Shown piece by piece: positions 10,361 through 19,315 of a stretch of 64,000 nt of DNA; positions within the stretch are counted from its first letter, which is position 1; every line of letters begins with the position of its first letter. Made by a program: the position numbers and the translations under genes. The DNA is from Microcoleus sp. GTDB taxonomy: Bacteria; Cyanobacteriota; Cyanobacteriia; Cyanobacteriales; Microcoleaceae. The notes beneath the pieces were generated by a model. It saw only the letters and a list, made by a program, of their open reading frames with translations. It made no database searches and was not told the DNA's origin. Where the stretch lies: contig CP181291.1 of assembly GCA_052279835.1 (NCBI GenBank), positions 608,001 to 672,000 of the forward strand, written 5' to 3'.

Positions 10361-10597
10361 ACCAAATGCTATCATAGCAATGGTTTCAGCGATTTTACTA
10401 CTTTCCCCACTGAAATTGGAGGCAAAGCCTCGCGGATCTGCGTTACCAGGCTCTGCCAATCGGTGTCAAATTAAGGAGTGCTGCTGGCGTGAGATCGCTA
10501 TTTTATCAATAGACTTCTCCTAAAAAGATAGTCAAGAAGAGACCCGATGCCTGTTCCACAGGAATTATGCCAGATGTCTATGAGGTTGGCGATCGCA

Positions 10598-11236
10598 TTA
10601 TCTCTTTAACATAGCCCAAACAAAACCTGCTCCCCGCCCCTGCACTCTAGCCATCTTAATCCACAATAAAGTCATGTGTTCTAGATGGAGACTCATGGAG
10701 AGATTTCCCGTATCAATTGGTTCCCATCCAAGCTGTTGACAGAGCTCTGCAACCACTGCTTTAGCGGCAGGATCGTCGCCAGCAATTAACATGGCGGGTT
10801 TCAGCTCGCCGTAATTGGGATAGTCACTATTTTCAAAGTTTTCGTAACCGTAAATTGTAAAGGCTTTGACAACCCAAGCATCTGGCACCAGTTTTTGAAT
10901 TGTTTCGCTGCCAGAGGTGCTACTTTGTAAACCGTGTGTCAGATTCGCACCAACGGGATTGGTACAGTCTACTAAAATCTTCTTACTCAGGGCAGATTTG
11001 AGTGGGGTAAGGGCAGATTCGATCGCGGCAAATGGTGTGGCCAGAAACACCGCATCCGCTGATTCAATGGCTTCTAAGGGCGATCGAACTAATAGGTTCG
11101 GATTGCGATTCAGGGCAGATTGAACCGTCTGAGACTGTGAATCGCGAGCAGCAATGACAACCTCATGACCCAGTTTTTGTAAGCGATCGGCTAAGGGCGC
11201 ACCGACATTACCAACACCGATAAAAGCAATTTTCAT
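10598..11236 (-). CDS. NADPH-dependent F420 reductase-like oxidoreductase
   Basis: Rossmann GVGNVG, VDCTNP, SGSE, VVKAF, AGDD, PIDTG motifs. Confidence 0.85.
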   Translation of the reverse strand: MKIAFIGVGNVGAPLADRLQKLGHEVVIAARDSQSQTVQSALNRNPNLLVRSPLEAIESADAVFLATPFAAIESALTPLKSALSKKILVDCTNPVGANLTHGLQSSTSGSETIQKLVPDAWVVKAFTIYGYENFENSDYPNYGELKPAMLIAGDDPAAKAVVAELCQQLGWEPIDTGNLSMSLHLEHMTLLWIKMARVQGRGAGFVWAMLKR

Positions 11237-11239
11237 TGG

Positions 11240-11950
11240 TTAATCTCCTAATGCTGCCAAAACCAGTTTTGCTGTTTCTTTGCCTGAATTTTGTTGCTGA
11301 CCCGTAATCAAATTGCCATCCCGCACTGCGTGTGGTGCGAAGGCTTCCTTAGTGACAAAATTTGCACCTAACTTGTTGGCTTCGTCTTCGATGCGGAAGG
11401 GCATCACGGTTTGACCCACAACTCGATCGGCGTAATCTTCCTCAGTATTGGCAAATCCAGTAATTGTTTTACCTCGAATCAAGTATGTTCCATCGGAAAG
11501 TTTGCTTTCAAGCAGTACGCAAGTGCCATGACACAGCGCAGCAGTGGGTTTACCAGTTTCATAGAAGTTGGCGAATAGTTGCAATAGTGCTGGGTTTTGA
11601 CGGAAGGTGAACATCGGCGACTGACCGCCACACACTACGATCGCATCAAATTCATTCATATTCAAATCGCCGATCGCGGCAGTATTTTCTAGCAACTCCA
11701 TAAATTCCGGCTGATTGATGTACTGCAATGAAAGCGCATCATCTTTGGAATAGCCAGAAGCATCGCGAGGATCGCTCAAACTATCGAATTCAACCTTGCC
11801 ACCATTGGGACTAGCGATCGTCACCGGGCAACCAGCTTTGATAAATTCATCGTAGGGATGAATCAATTCTGAGGCCCAGAAGCCCACAGGGCCACCCAGA
11901 GTGGTTGAGATTGATGGATTGGCAACAATTAGCAGAATGTGGCGACTCAT
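11240..11950 (-). CDS. DJ-1/PfpI family (type 1 glutamine amidotransferase-like) protein
   Basis: GFWASEL, ASPNGG, ALCHG nucleophile, DGNLITGQ; ATG 11950 preferred. Confidence 0.9.
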   Translation of the reverse strand: MSRHILLIVANPSISTTLGGPVGFWASELIHPYDEFIKAGCPVTIASPNGGKVEFDSLSDPRDASGYSKDDALSLQYINQPEFMELLENTAAIGDLNMNEFDAIVVCGGQSPMFTFRQNPALLQLFANFYETGKPTAALCHGTCVLLESKLSDGTYLIRGKTITGFANTEEDYADRVVGQTVMPFRIEDEANKLGANFVTKEAFAPHAVRDGNLITGQQQNSGKETAKLVLAALGD

Positions 11951-12021
11951 AAAATTCCCGTTTGGAAATAACACAATTCAGTTTCCTTTTCAGTATGAAT
12001 TGGATATCATTCATTTGTCCA

Positions 12022-12036
12022 ATAGATATTTTATAT
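12022..12036. promoter_or_regulatory. Possible LysR-binding box (T-N11-A)
   Basis: ATA-N9-TAT in the short divergent gap between lysR and the DJ-1 gene; weak motif in AT-rich DNA. Confidence 0.3.
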
Positions 12037-12052
12037 AAACTTAATTCATTCT

Positions 12053-12958
12053 ATGAATCTTTCTGGAATCGATCTCAACCTGTTGGTGGTCTTCGATGCA
12101 CTAATGACAGAACGCCAAGTCACTCGTGCCGGAGAACGCATCGGGTTAAGCCAACCCGCAACGAGTAATGCTCTAGCGCGACTGCGGAATTTAACCCAGG
12201 ATGAACTCTTTGTCAGAAGCAGTGGTGGATTGCATCCTACGCCTGTGGCGATCGCGCTAGCTCGACAGATTCAGCCTGCCTTAAACCAAATTCAAACGGC
12301 TCTGTCACCAGCACAACCCTTCGATCCTATAACCAGCGATCGAGTCTTTAGCATTGGCATGAACGATTATGTGGAATTTGTACTCTTACCTAGGTTATTA
12401 GAAAAGCTGGAAACCATTGCACCCCATGTCAAAATTCAAGTGCGAGCGGGCGATCGACAACAAAGTCTGGCGCTATTAGATAGCGGCGAAATCGATCTGC
12501 TCTGTGGATTATTTCCCGAACAAATTGCTTGGCATCAAGAACAGTTGCTTTTTCAAGAACAGTTTGTTTGTGTCTGTCGTCGCGATCGCCCATCGATGGG
12601 CGATTCGATTTCACTTCAAGAATATGTGAGTGCCTCTCATTTGTTAGTGTCAGTTCAAGAGGATATGGTGGGACGTGTAGATAATCTGTTAGCCAAACAA
12701 AATCTCACCCGAAACATTGCTCTATCAATTCCGCACTTTTTGGTTGCCCCTTCTATCTTGGCTCGGACAAATCTGATTGCTACCCTGGCAGAGCGGGTTG
12801 CCCTTGAGTTTGCCCCCAGCCAAAATTTAAAAATCCTGCCTTGTCCACTTCCTCTAAAGGGGTTTTCTGTTTTCATGCGCTGGCATCAAAGCACGCGCGA
12901 TCTGGTTACCCATGCTTGGCTTAGAGCCTTAATTACACAGGTGGCGATGATCGATTGA
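12053..12958 (+). CDS. LysR-family transcriptional regulator (NodD/LeuO-like)
   Basis: DLNLLVVFDALM...VTRAGERIGLSQPATSNALARLR HTH; divergent from a two-gene operon. Confidence 0.95.
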   Translation: MNLSGIDLNLLVVFDALMTERQVTRAGERIGLSQPATSNALARLRNLTQDELFVRSSGGLHPTPVAIALARQIQPALNQIQTALSPAQPFDPITSDRVFSIGMNDYVEFVLLPRLLEKLETIAPHVKIQVRAGDRQQSLALLDSGEIDLLCGLFPEQIAWHQEQLLFQEQFVCVCRRDRPSMGDSISLQEYVSASHLLVSVQEDMVGRVDNLLAKQNLTRNIALSIPHFLVAPSILARTNLIATLAERVALEFAPSQNLKILPCPLPLKGFSVFMRWHQSTRDLVTHAWLRALITQVAMID

Positions 12959-13274
12959 AATCAACAGGGGTTAGTGAACTACCTACAGTGACCTTTTCCT
13001 AGGTTGTCACCAATCGGTAGAGCCTGGTAGCGAGTAGACTGCCAACTGACGACTGACAACAGCCAACAGCCCACACTCAAGAGCACAAAGACGGCAAAAT
13101 ATTAAAAAATTAAGTTGTATATCGAGTCCAAGTGGTGAGATGATCTGTAGTGCAGCCTCACGGCAGTTCCACAGAATCTGAACACTAGAGACGATGGTCG
13201 ATCGAACTCGACTCATCGCACCTCTGCCAGAATCGACCACACACACTCACTCCATAAACATCAAAACCACAATT

Positions 13275-15290
13275 ATGGCTGTTGCAACCCAATCACTCGA
13301 AGAACTCTGCATCAACTCTATCCGCTTTCTCGCCATCGATGCGGTAGAAAAAGCAAAATCAGGCCATCCTGGACTGCCGATGGGCGCTGCCCCTATGGCT
13401 TTTGTGCTGTGGGATCGGTTTATGCGGTTCAACCCGAAAAACCCCAAGTGGTTCAATCGCGATCGCTTCGTTCTCTCCGCCGGCCACGGCTGTATGCTAC
13501 AGTACGCCCTCATGTACTTGACAGGCTACGATAGCGTCAGCCTCGACGACATCAAGCAATTTCGGCAGTGGGAATCGAAAACACCGGGACACCCAGAAAA
13601 CTTCGTCACAGAAGGCGTAGAAGTTACTACCGGCCCCCTGGGACAAGGCATTGCTAACGCCGTCGGTTTGGCAATGGCAGAAGCTCACCTCGCAGCTAGA
13701 TTTAACAAGCCCGGTAACACGATTGTTGACCACTACACCTATGTAATTATGGGTGATGGTTGCCACATGGAAGGTATTTCTGGCGAAGCTTGTTCTTTGG
13801 CCGGACACCTGGGACTAGGCAAATTAATTGCTCTCTATGATGATAATCACATCTCGATCGAAGGCGACACAAACTTAGCCTTTACTGAAGATGTCGGCAA
13901 GCGTTTTGAAGCCTACAACTGGCACGTCATTACTGTAGACAATGACGCTCTAGACCAAGATACTAGCCTCGAAGCAGTTCACAAAGCTATCGAAGAAGCT
14001 AAGAAAGTCACGGACAAACCGTCCATGATTAAAGTCCGCACAATTATTGGTTACGGTTCTCCCAACAAGCGCAATAGTTATAGTGCTCACGGTGCTGCTT
14101 TGGGTGGCGCTGAAGTGCAAGCAACTCGCGATTTCTTGAAGTGGGAATATGAGCCCTTTGTAATTCCTGATGATGCTTTGGCTCACTTCCGCAAAGCGTG
14201 CGATCGCGGTGCACAGGCCGAACAAGAATGGCAGCAAACTTTTGATGCTTACAAAGCAGCATATCCCGCCGAAGCAGCAGAATACGAGCGCACTGTTGCT
14301 GGCAAACTTCCCGAAGGTTGGGACAAAGTTTTGCCTACCTACAACCCAGAAGATAAGGCAGATTCCACTCGGAATCATTCTGGAAAATGTTTGAATGCTT
14401 TGGCTGGTGTGTTACCTGAATTGATCGGCGGTTCCGCTGATTTGGCTTCTTCTAACATGACTTTGCTCAAGGGTGAAAAAGACTTCCAAAAAGGTCAGTA
14501 CGAAGGACGTAACCTCCGGTTTGGTGTGCGGGAACATGGCATGGGGGCGATCGCCAACGGCTTGCTTCTCCACGGCGGTTTGATTCCTTACTGCGCTACC
14601 TTCTTGGTGTTTGCTGACTATATGCGGGGCGCAATTCGCCTGTCTGCACTTTCAGAAGCTGGTGTCATTTATGTAATGACTCACGACTCCGTAGCCTTGG
14701 GCGAAGATGGTCCGACTCACCAACCAGTAGAAACCATCGCTTCTTTGCGCGTCATTCCTGATTTGTATGTGATCCGCCCTGCTGATGGAAATGAAACATC
14801 CGGCGCTTACAAAGTAGCCATTGAAAACCGGAAAATCCCAACATTGATGGCTCTGTCTCGTCAAAACTTGCCTAACTTGGCCGGAAGTTCGATCGAAGGA
14901 ACAGCCAAAGGCGCTTACATTTTGTCTGACGACGGTGGCACTCCCGACATCATTTTAATCGGCACCGGTGGCGAAACATACCTCTGCGTTGATGCGGCTG
15001 AAAAATTGCGCGCCGCTGGTAATAAAGTGCGAGTAGTTTCGATGCCTTGCTGGGAATTGTTTGATGCACAAGATGCAGCTTACCGCGAATCTGTACTGCC
15101 AAAAGCTGTTACCAAGCGCTTGGCTGTGGAAGCTGGTTGTAGCTTCGGCTGGGGACGTTATGTCGGTGGTGAAGGCGATAGCGTCAGCATCGACACATTC
15201 GGCGCTTCTGCACCAGGCCCCGTTGTGTTAGAAAAGTTTGGCTACACCGTTGAGAATGTGGTAGCTAAGGCTCAGGCGCTGTTGGGCTAA
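13275..15290 (+). CDS. tkt: Transketolase
   Basis: [50 protein letters not shown] 13275 (MAVATQ) preferred. Confidence 0.98.
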   Translation: MAVATQSLEELCINSIRFLAIDAVEKAKSGHPGLPMGAAPMAFVLWDRFMRFNPKNPKWFNRDRFVLSAGHGCMLQYALMYLTGYDSVSLDDIKQFRQWESKTPGHPENFVTEGVEVTTGPLGQGIANAVGLAMAEAHLAARFNKPGNTIVDHYTYVIMGDGCHMEGISGEACSLAGHLGLGKLIALYDDNHISIEGDTNLAFTEDVGKRFEAYNWHVITVDNDALDQDTSLEAVHKAIEEAKKVTDKPSMIKVRTIIGYGSPNKRNSYSAHGAALGGAEVQATRDFLKWEYEPFVIPDDALAHFRKACDRGAQAEQEWQQTFDAYKAAYPAEAAEYERTVAGKLPEGWDKVLPTYNPEDKADSTRNHSGKCLNALAGVLPELIGGSADLASSNMTLLKGEKDFQKGQYEGRNLRFGVREHGMGAIANGLLLHGGLIPYCATFLVFADYMRGAIRLSALSEAGVIYVMTHDSVALGEDGPTHQPVETIASLRVIPDLYVIRPADGNETSGAYKVAIENRKIPTLMALSRQNLPNLAGSSIEGTAKGAYILSDDGGTPDIILIGTGGETYLCVDAAEKLRAAGNKVRVVSMPCWELFDAQDAAYRESVLPKAVTKRLAVEAGCSFGWGRYVGGEGDSVSIDTFGASAPGPVVLEKFGYTVENVVAKAQALLG

Positions 15291-15311
15291 TAGCCACAGC
15301 ATAATTTTGTT

Positions 15312-15346
15312 TGGGGCGGGCTTCTGGCTTTTGCCCCTTTTTTTTG
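15312..15346 (+). terminator. Probable intrinsic terminator after tkt
   Basis: GGGGC...GCCCC stem followed by a long T run. Confidence 0.65.
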
Positions 15347-15390
15347 ATCTAGCAGATTCCACGTTTATCTTAAGCTTGAAAGCATGGTGT

Positions 15391-15483
15391 CCTCTCTAGA
15401 GGGATCGGACAGAGCCACAGACCTTCTCTAGAGGGCTAGATCGGACACACCCCCTAGGGGTGGGTCTTAGCCGTCTCCCTACA
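15391..15483. repeat. Short palindromic/direct repeat cluster between convergent genes
   Basis: TCTCTAGAGGG at 15393 and 15425, ATCGGACA twice, palindrome ACCCCTAGGGGT, ending CCCTACA (REP-like foot). Confidence 0.5.
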
Positions 15484-15484
15484 A

Positions 15485-18400
15485 TTAATTGGTCAACTCC
15501 AAGTTGTGTGCGATCGCCACTATAGCTTCAGCTAACTGTTCAGGCTCAAGGGGTTTGATCAGGTGCTGTTGATAGCCACTGGCGATCGCTCGCTGGCGAT
15601 CGTCTTCTGTGGCATAGGCAGTCACAGCGATCGCCGGCAACTGTCCCCCTTGTTCGGGTGGTAGAGCGCGGATCTGTTGGATTAGGGTATAGCCATCGAC
15701 TTCAGGCATTCCAATATCGCTGACGAGCACGTCGGGTTGAAAGGATTTCAGGCTTGTCAGCACTTCTGCCACAGAGGCAACTGTCAGCACTTCTGCTCCA
15801 TATTGGGTCAGCAATGCGGTTAATAGCTCGCGGGTATCAAGTTCATCATCCACTGCCAGGACTCGAATTCCTGTGAGATCCAAGATTTGTTGTGGCAAAT
15901 CGCCTGTCTGGTTGTTTTCCGGCTCAACATTCAGCAAGGGCAACAGCACCGTAAACGTGGCTCCCAACCCTTTACCGGGGCTGTCAGCCACGATCGTGCC
16001 GCCGTGCGCTTCCACTAACTGACGGACGATCGTTAATCCCAACCCTAGGCCGCCATACTTACGGGTGGTTGAAGCATCTTCTTGCCGAAATGACTCAAAG
16101 ATATACGGTAGAAAGTCAGGGTTGATGCCTTTACCCGCGTCGCTGACTGTAATTTGTGCCTGGTTGTCGATTTGCTGCAACCGAATGTCTACCTGTCCCT
16201 GGTTGGGGGTAAATTTGATCGCGTTAGACAACAGGTTCCAAACCACTTGCTGGAGTCGAGCTGCATCGCCAGACACCAGCCCAACTTTGGGGAGCACCGG
16301 ATGAATCAGGATTGATTTGGCGACGGCTGCTGCCCTCACGGTGTCGATCGCCGATTCAATGATAAATGTCAGATTGACGGGAACCGTATCTATGCTGAGT
16401 TTGCCACGCAAAACTTTGGCAATGTCGAGGAGGTCATCAATCAGTTTGGCTTGCAGTTTGGCATTACGTTCAATCGTTGCCAGTGCTTGGGAGGTTTTAG
16501 CAGGATCGAAGTTGCGAGTTTGCAGGAGTTTTACCCAACCCAAAATTGGATTCAGGGGCGATCGCAACTCGTGGGAGAGAACGGTTAGAAAGTCATCTTT
16601 GATCCGATTGGCTCGTTCGGCTTCTGCTCTGGCCGCTTGCTCCTGTTCAAACAGGCGATCGCGTTCGGTTTCAGCTTGCTTGCGATCGGTGATATCCCGT
16701 GAAATCACCAGCACTCGTTCCACTAGCCCAGAGGCATCCAAAATTGGGCTAACGATCGCTTCCCACCATTTCGGCGTGCCTTTTGCGGTTGGGCAGTAGC
16801 CGCGAAAGAGGTAGACTTCGCCTGATGCGGCGGCGGCAAATGCCTGCTCTGCCTGTTGCCGATGGTCGCCATCCCAAAAGCAGAGCCATTCGGTATTCAG
16901 GTAAGGAGCGATGTCATCAATTTCCAGCAAACACAACCCACCCGTATTCATATAAAGGAGCTGCCCATCCAGGTTTAGTACCTTGATGCAGTCTGGACTG
17001 CTATCCAACATCCGATTTTTAAATTCTTCACTCTGTCGCAACGCTTCTTGGGCTTGTTTACGATCGGTGATATCTTCAGCAATCCCGGCAAACCGATAAA
17101 TCTCTCCTGCCCCGTCTCGGAGCGGAAAGCAGCGATCGTGCACCCAACGAATTCTGCCATCCGCCAAGACAAGACGGTACTCTTCATCAAATTGACCTGC
17201 GGCTGCTTTTTCCTGAAACGCTCTGGCAGTCCATTCCCGATCGTCTGGATGAATATAATCAATCCAGGCTTGTCGATCGTCATATAATTCCTGCGGGTTC
17301 AGCTTCCACAGGCGTTCATAGGCAGGACTGACATAGCACACTCGGTCTTCGGGCATCTCTTTGAACCAGAACACCGCATCAATATTTTCGGCCAACTGAC
17401 GGAAGCGTTCTTCACTTTCTTGCAGCACATCGGCTATCCGTTTGCGTTCCGTGATATCGAGATCCATGCCCGCCATCCGCATCGGCTGTCCGTTCTGGTC
17501 AAAAAACACTTTTCCCTGACTGAGTGCCCAGCGAATAGTGCCGTTAGGATATACCACCCGAAATTCAATGTCATAATCTTCTCCGGTGGCGATAGTATGA
17601 TTAATGTTTGCCACAACACGAGCGCGATCGTCCGGGTGCAGCCTCGTGACAAACATCTCATAGGAGCCGTCAAACTCTCCTGGTTGCAGTCCAAATAACG
17701 CTTCCAGGTTCTCTGACCATAAAATTTTTCCTGTCTGGATGTTCCAGTTCCACCTTCCCATGCGAGAGGCTTGCAATGCCAAGTTTAGCTGTTCTGTGCT
17801 CTCTCGTAGTTCTGCTTCTACCCGTTGGCGTTCAATTAATTCATGCTGTGCCTGCTGGTAAAGTTCCGCTTGCCGCAGGGCGATGCTCACCTGAGTTGCC
17901 AGTTCTTTGAGCAGGTCAATTTCTAGGGGCTGCCACGATCGAGGTGCAGCACAGTGATGGGCAATCAGCAAGCCCCAGAACCGATCGCCGTGCAGAATGG
18001 GCACGACCAGATTGGCTTTCACTTGAAACTGAGCCAACAATTCAACGTGGCAAGGATCGATATTGCCATCCTGAATATCAGCGATCGCCGTTACCTGACC
18101 CTGACGATAGCGTTTGACATAATCTTCGGCAAAGGTGGGATCGTGGGTTATTGATGGCGATCTGCTGAATCTGAGGTAGCTCTCAGCGAAGCAGGGATCG
18201 TACATCGTGGAGGAGAACAGCGATCGCCACTGTGACCCTACTGATTCTGCCACCACCGTCCCGTTGCCATCTGGTTCTAGCCGAAAAAACAGAACGCGAT
18301 CGGTGTGCAGAAATTGTTGCACCTCCGTCACTGTCGTTTGCAGAATTTCCTCCAGATCCAGAGTTTGATGTATTTTCCGGGTAATCTGGGAGATTAAGCG

Positions 18401-18829
18401 CTCTCGTTGAAGGGACTGTTGCAGTTGGGTGTGAAGCTGTACTTTAGCGATCGCCCCATTCACTGCCAGATGCAACCCCGCGGTCGTAATGTGCTCCTTG
18501 ACTAGATAATCTTGTGCCCCTGATTTCATCGCCTGCACCGCGATCGCCTCGTTGCCTTGCCCCGTCACCACAATCACTGGTAAGTATGGCTGCTGCGTGA
18601 AGGATTGCAGTTTGACCAGAAATTCCAGTCCATCCAGGTCGGGTAATCGGTAATCAAGCAATAGGGCATCCGGTTGATGTTGCTGCCACAGCTCTAGCCC
18701 GATGCGCCCCAGACCTGCTTCTAGAATCGTGTAAGAGTAATCTCGATCGCGCAGCAGATAGCGACGATAGAGTTCCCGGTCTTCAGGAGAATCATCCACG
18801 ATTAAAATAGTGCGCGAGAGTTGACCCAT
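15485..18829 (-). CDS. Hybrid histidine kinase: REC - CBCR GAF (DXCF type) - 3xPAS - HisKA - HATPase - REC
   Basis: LLLDYRLP receiver; GAF with DPCF and DPCH bilin-binding cysteines; PAS/PAC ends [29 protein letters not shown]-terminal VSDIGMP receiver. Confidence 0.92.
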   Translation of the reverse strand: MGQLSRTILIVDDSPEDRELYRRYLLRDRDYSYTILEAGLGRIGLELWQQHQPDALLLDYRLPDLDGLEFLVKLQSFTQQPYLPVIVVTGQGNEAIAVQAMKSGAQDYLVKEHITTAGLHLAVNGAIAKVQLHTQLQQSLQRERLISQITRKIHQTLDLEEILQTTVTEVQQFLHTDRVLFFRLEPDGNGTVVAESVGSQWRSLFSSTMYDPCFAESYLRFSRSPSITHDPTFAEDYVKRYRQGQVTAIADIQDGNIDPCHVELLAQFQVKANLVVPILHGDRFWGLLIAHHCAAPRSWQPLEIDLLKELATQVSIALRQAELYQQAQHELIERQRVEAELRESTEQLNLALQASRMGRWNWNIQTGKILWSENLEALFGLQPGEFDGSYEMFVTRLHPDDRARVVANINHTIATGEDYDIEFRVVYPNGTIRWALSQGKVFFDQNGQPMRMAGMDLDITERKRIADVLQESEERFRQLAENIDAVFWFKEMPEDRVCYVSPAYERLWKLNPQELYDDRQAWIDYIHPDDREWTARAFQEKAAAGQFDEEYRLVLADGRIRWVHDRCFPLRDGAGEIYRFAGIAEDITDRKQAQEALRQSEEFKNRMLDSSPDCIKVLNLDGQLLYMNTGGLCLLEIDDIAPYLNTEWLCFWDGDHRQQAEQAFAAAASGEVYLFRGYCPTAKGTPKWWEAIVSPILDASGLVERVLVISRDITDRKQAETERDRLFEQEQAARAEAERANRIKDDFLTVLSHELRSPLNPILGWVKLLQTRNFDPAKTSQALATIERNAKLQAKLIDDLLDIAKVLRGKLSIDTVPVNLTFIIESAIDTVRAAAVAKSILIHPVLPKVGLVSGDAARLQQVVWNLLSNAIKFTPNQGQVDIRLQQIDNQAQITVSDAGKGINPDFLPYIFESFRQEDASTTRKYGGLGLGLTIVRQLVEAHGGTIVADSPGKGLGATFTVLLPLLNVEPENNQTGDLPQQILDLTGIRVLAVDDELDTRELLTALLTQYGAEVLTVASVAEVLTSLKSFQPDVLVSDIGMPEVDGYTLIQQIRALPPEQGGQLPAIAVTAYATEDDRQRAIASGYQQHLIKPLEPEQLAEAIVAIAHNLELTN

Positions 18830-18841
18830 GATTACTATTAA

Positions 18842-19315
18842 TTATTTCTCTAGGCGATCGGGCAGTGTTGTCACTTCAAACCAGTAATCTACGAGCATTT
18901 GCACATCTCGTTTTAGTTGAGCAAAGTTGATAGGTTTAATCATGTAGCTGTTGACACCGTATTGGTAGCAGTCTTCGATATCTTTTGGATTGTTGGAAGT
19001 TGTAAAGACTACAACCGGAATGGTTTTCAGGCTCTGATCTTGTTTGACCCGCCGCAATACTTCCCGTCCATCGATGCCGGGGAGATTTAGATCGAGCAGT
19101 ATCATACCAGGACGGGGCGCATTTTCAGGATCGACATAGCTACCAGTTCGATAAAGAAACGCCAATGCCTGCTCGCCATTCACGCACCGCTGAACGGGAA
19201 CGACTTTGGGCGATCGCCGCAAAAATCGTTGTAGTGCCTCAAAGTCTTCGTTGCTGTCTTCTACAATTAACAGCAGTGGCGTTTTGCCGATCGAGAGAGT
19301 TGAACTGTGAGTCAT
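18842..19315 (-). CDS. rcpB: Rcp1/RcpB-type single-domain response regulator
   Basis: VEDSNED, ILLDLNLP, VVFTTS, NSYMIKP; overlaps the phytochrome stop codon. Confidence 0.88.
   Translation of the reverse strand: MTHSSTLSIGKTPLLLIVEDSNEDFEALQRFLRRSPKVVPVQRCVNGEQALAFLYRTGSYVDPENAPRPGMILLDLNLPGIDGREVLRRVKQDQSLKTIPVVVFTTSNNPKDIEDCYQYGVNSYMIKPINFAQLKRDVQMLVDYWFEVTTLPDRLEK

Noticed and set aside
10262..10459. N-terminal extension of LysS in the ORF track
   Set aside because: Runs through heptamer repeats; LysS-like sequence begins at ATG 10261. Similar over-extensions were trimmed for tkt, terD, GST, the STAND gene and the DUF5615 gene.
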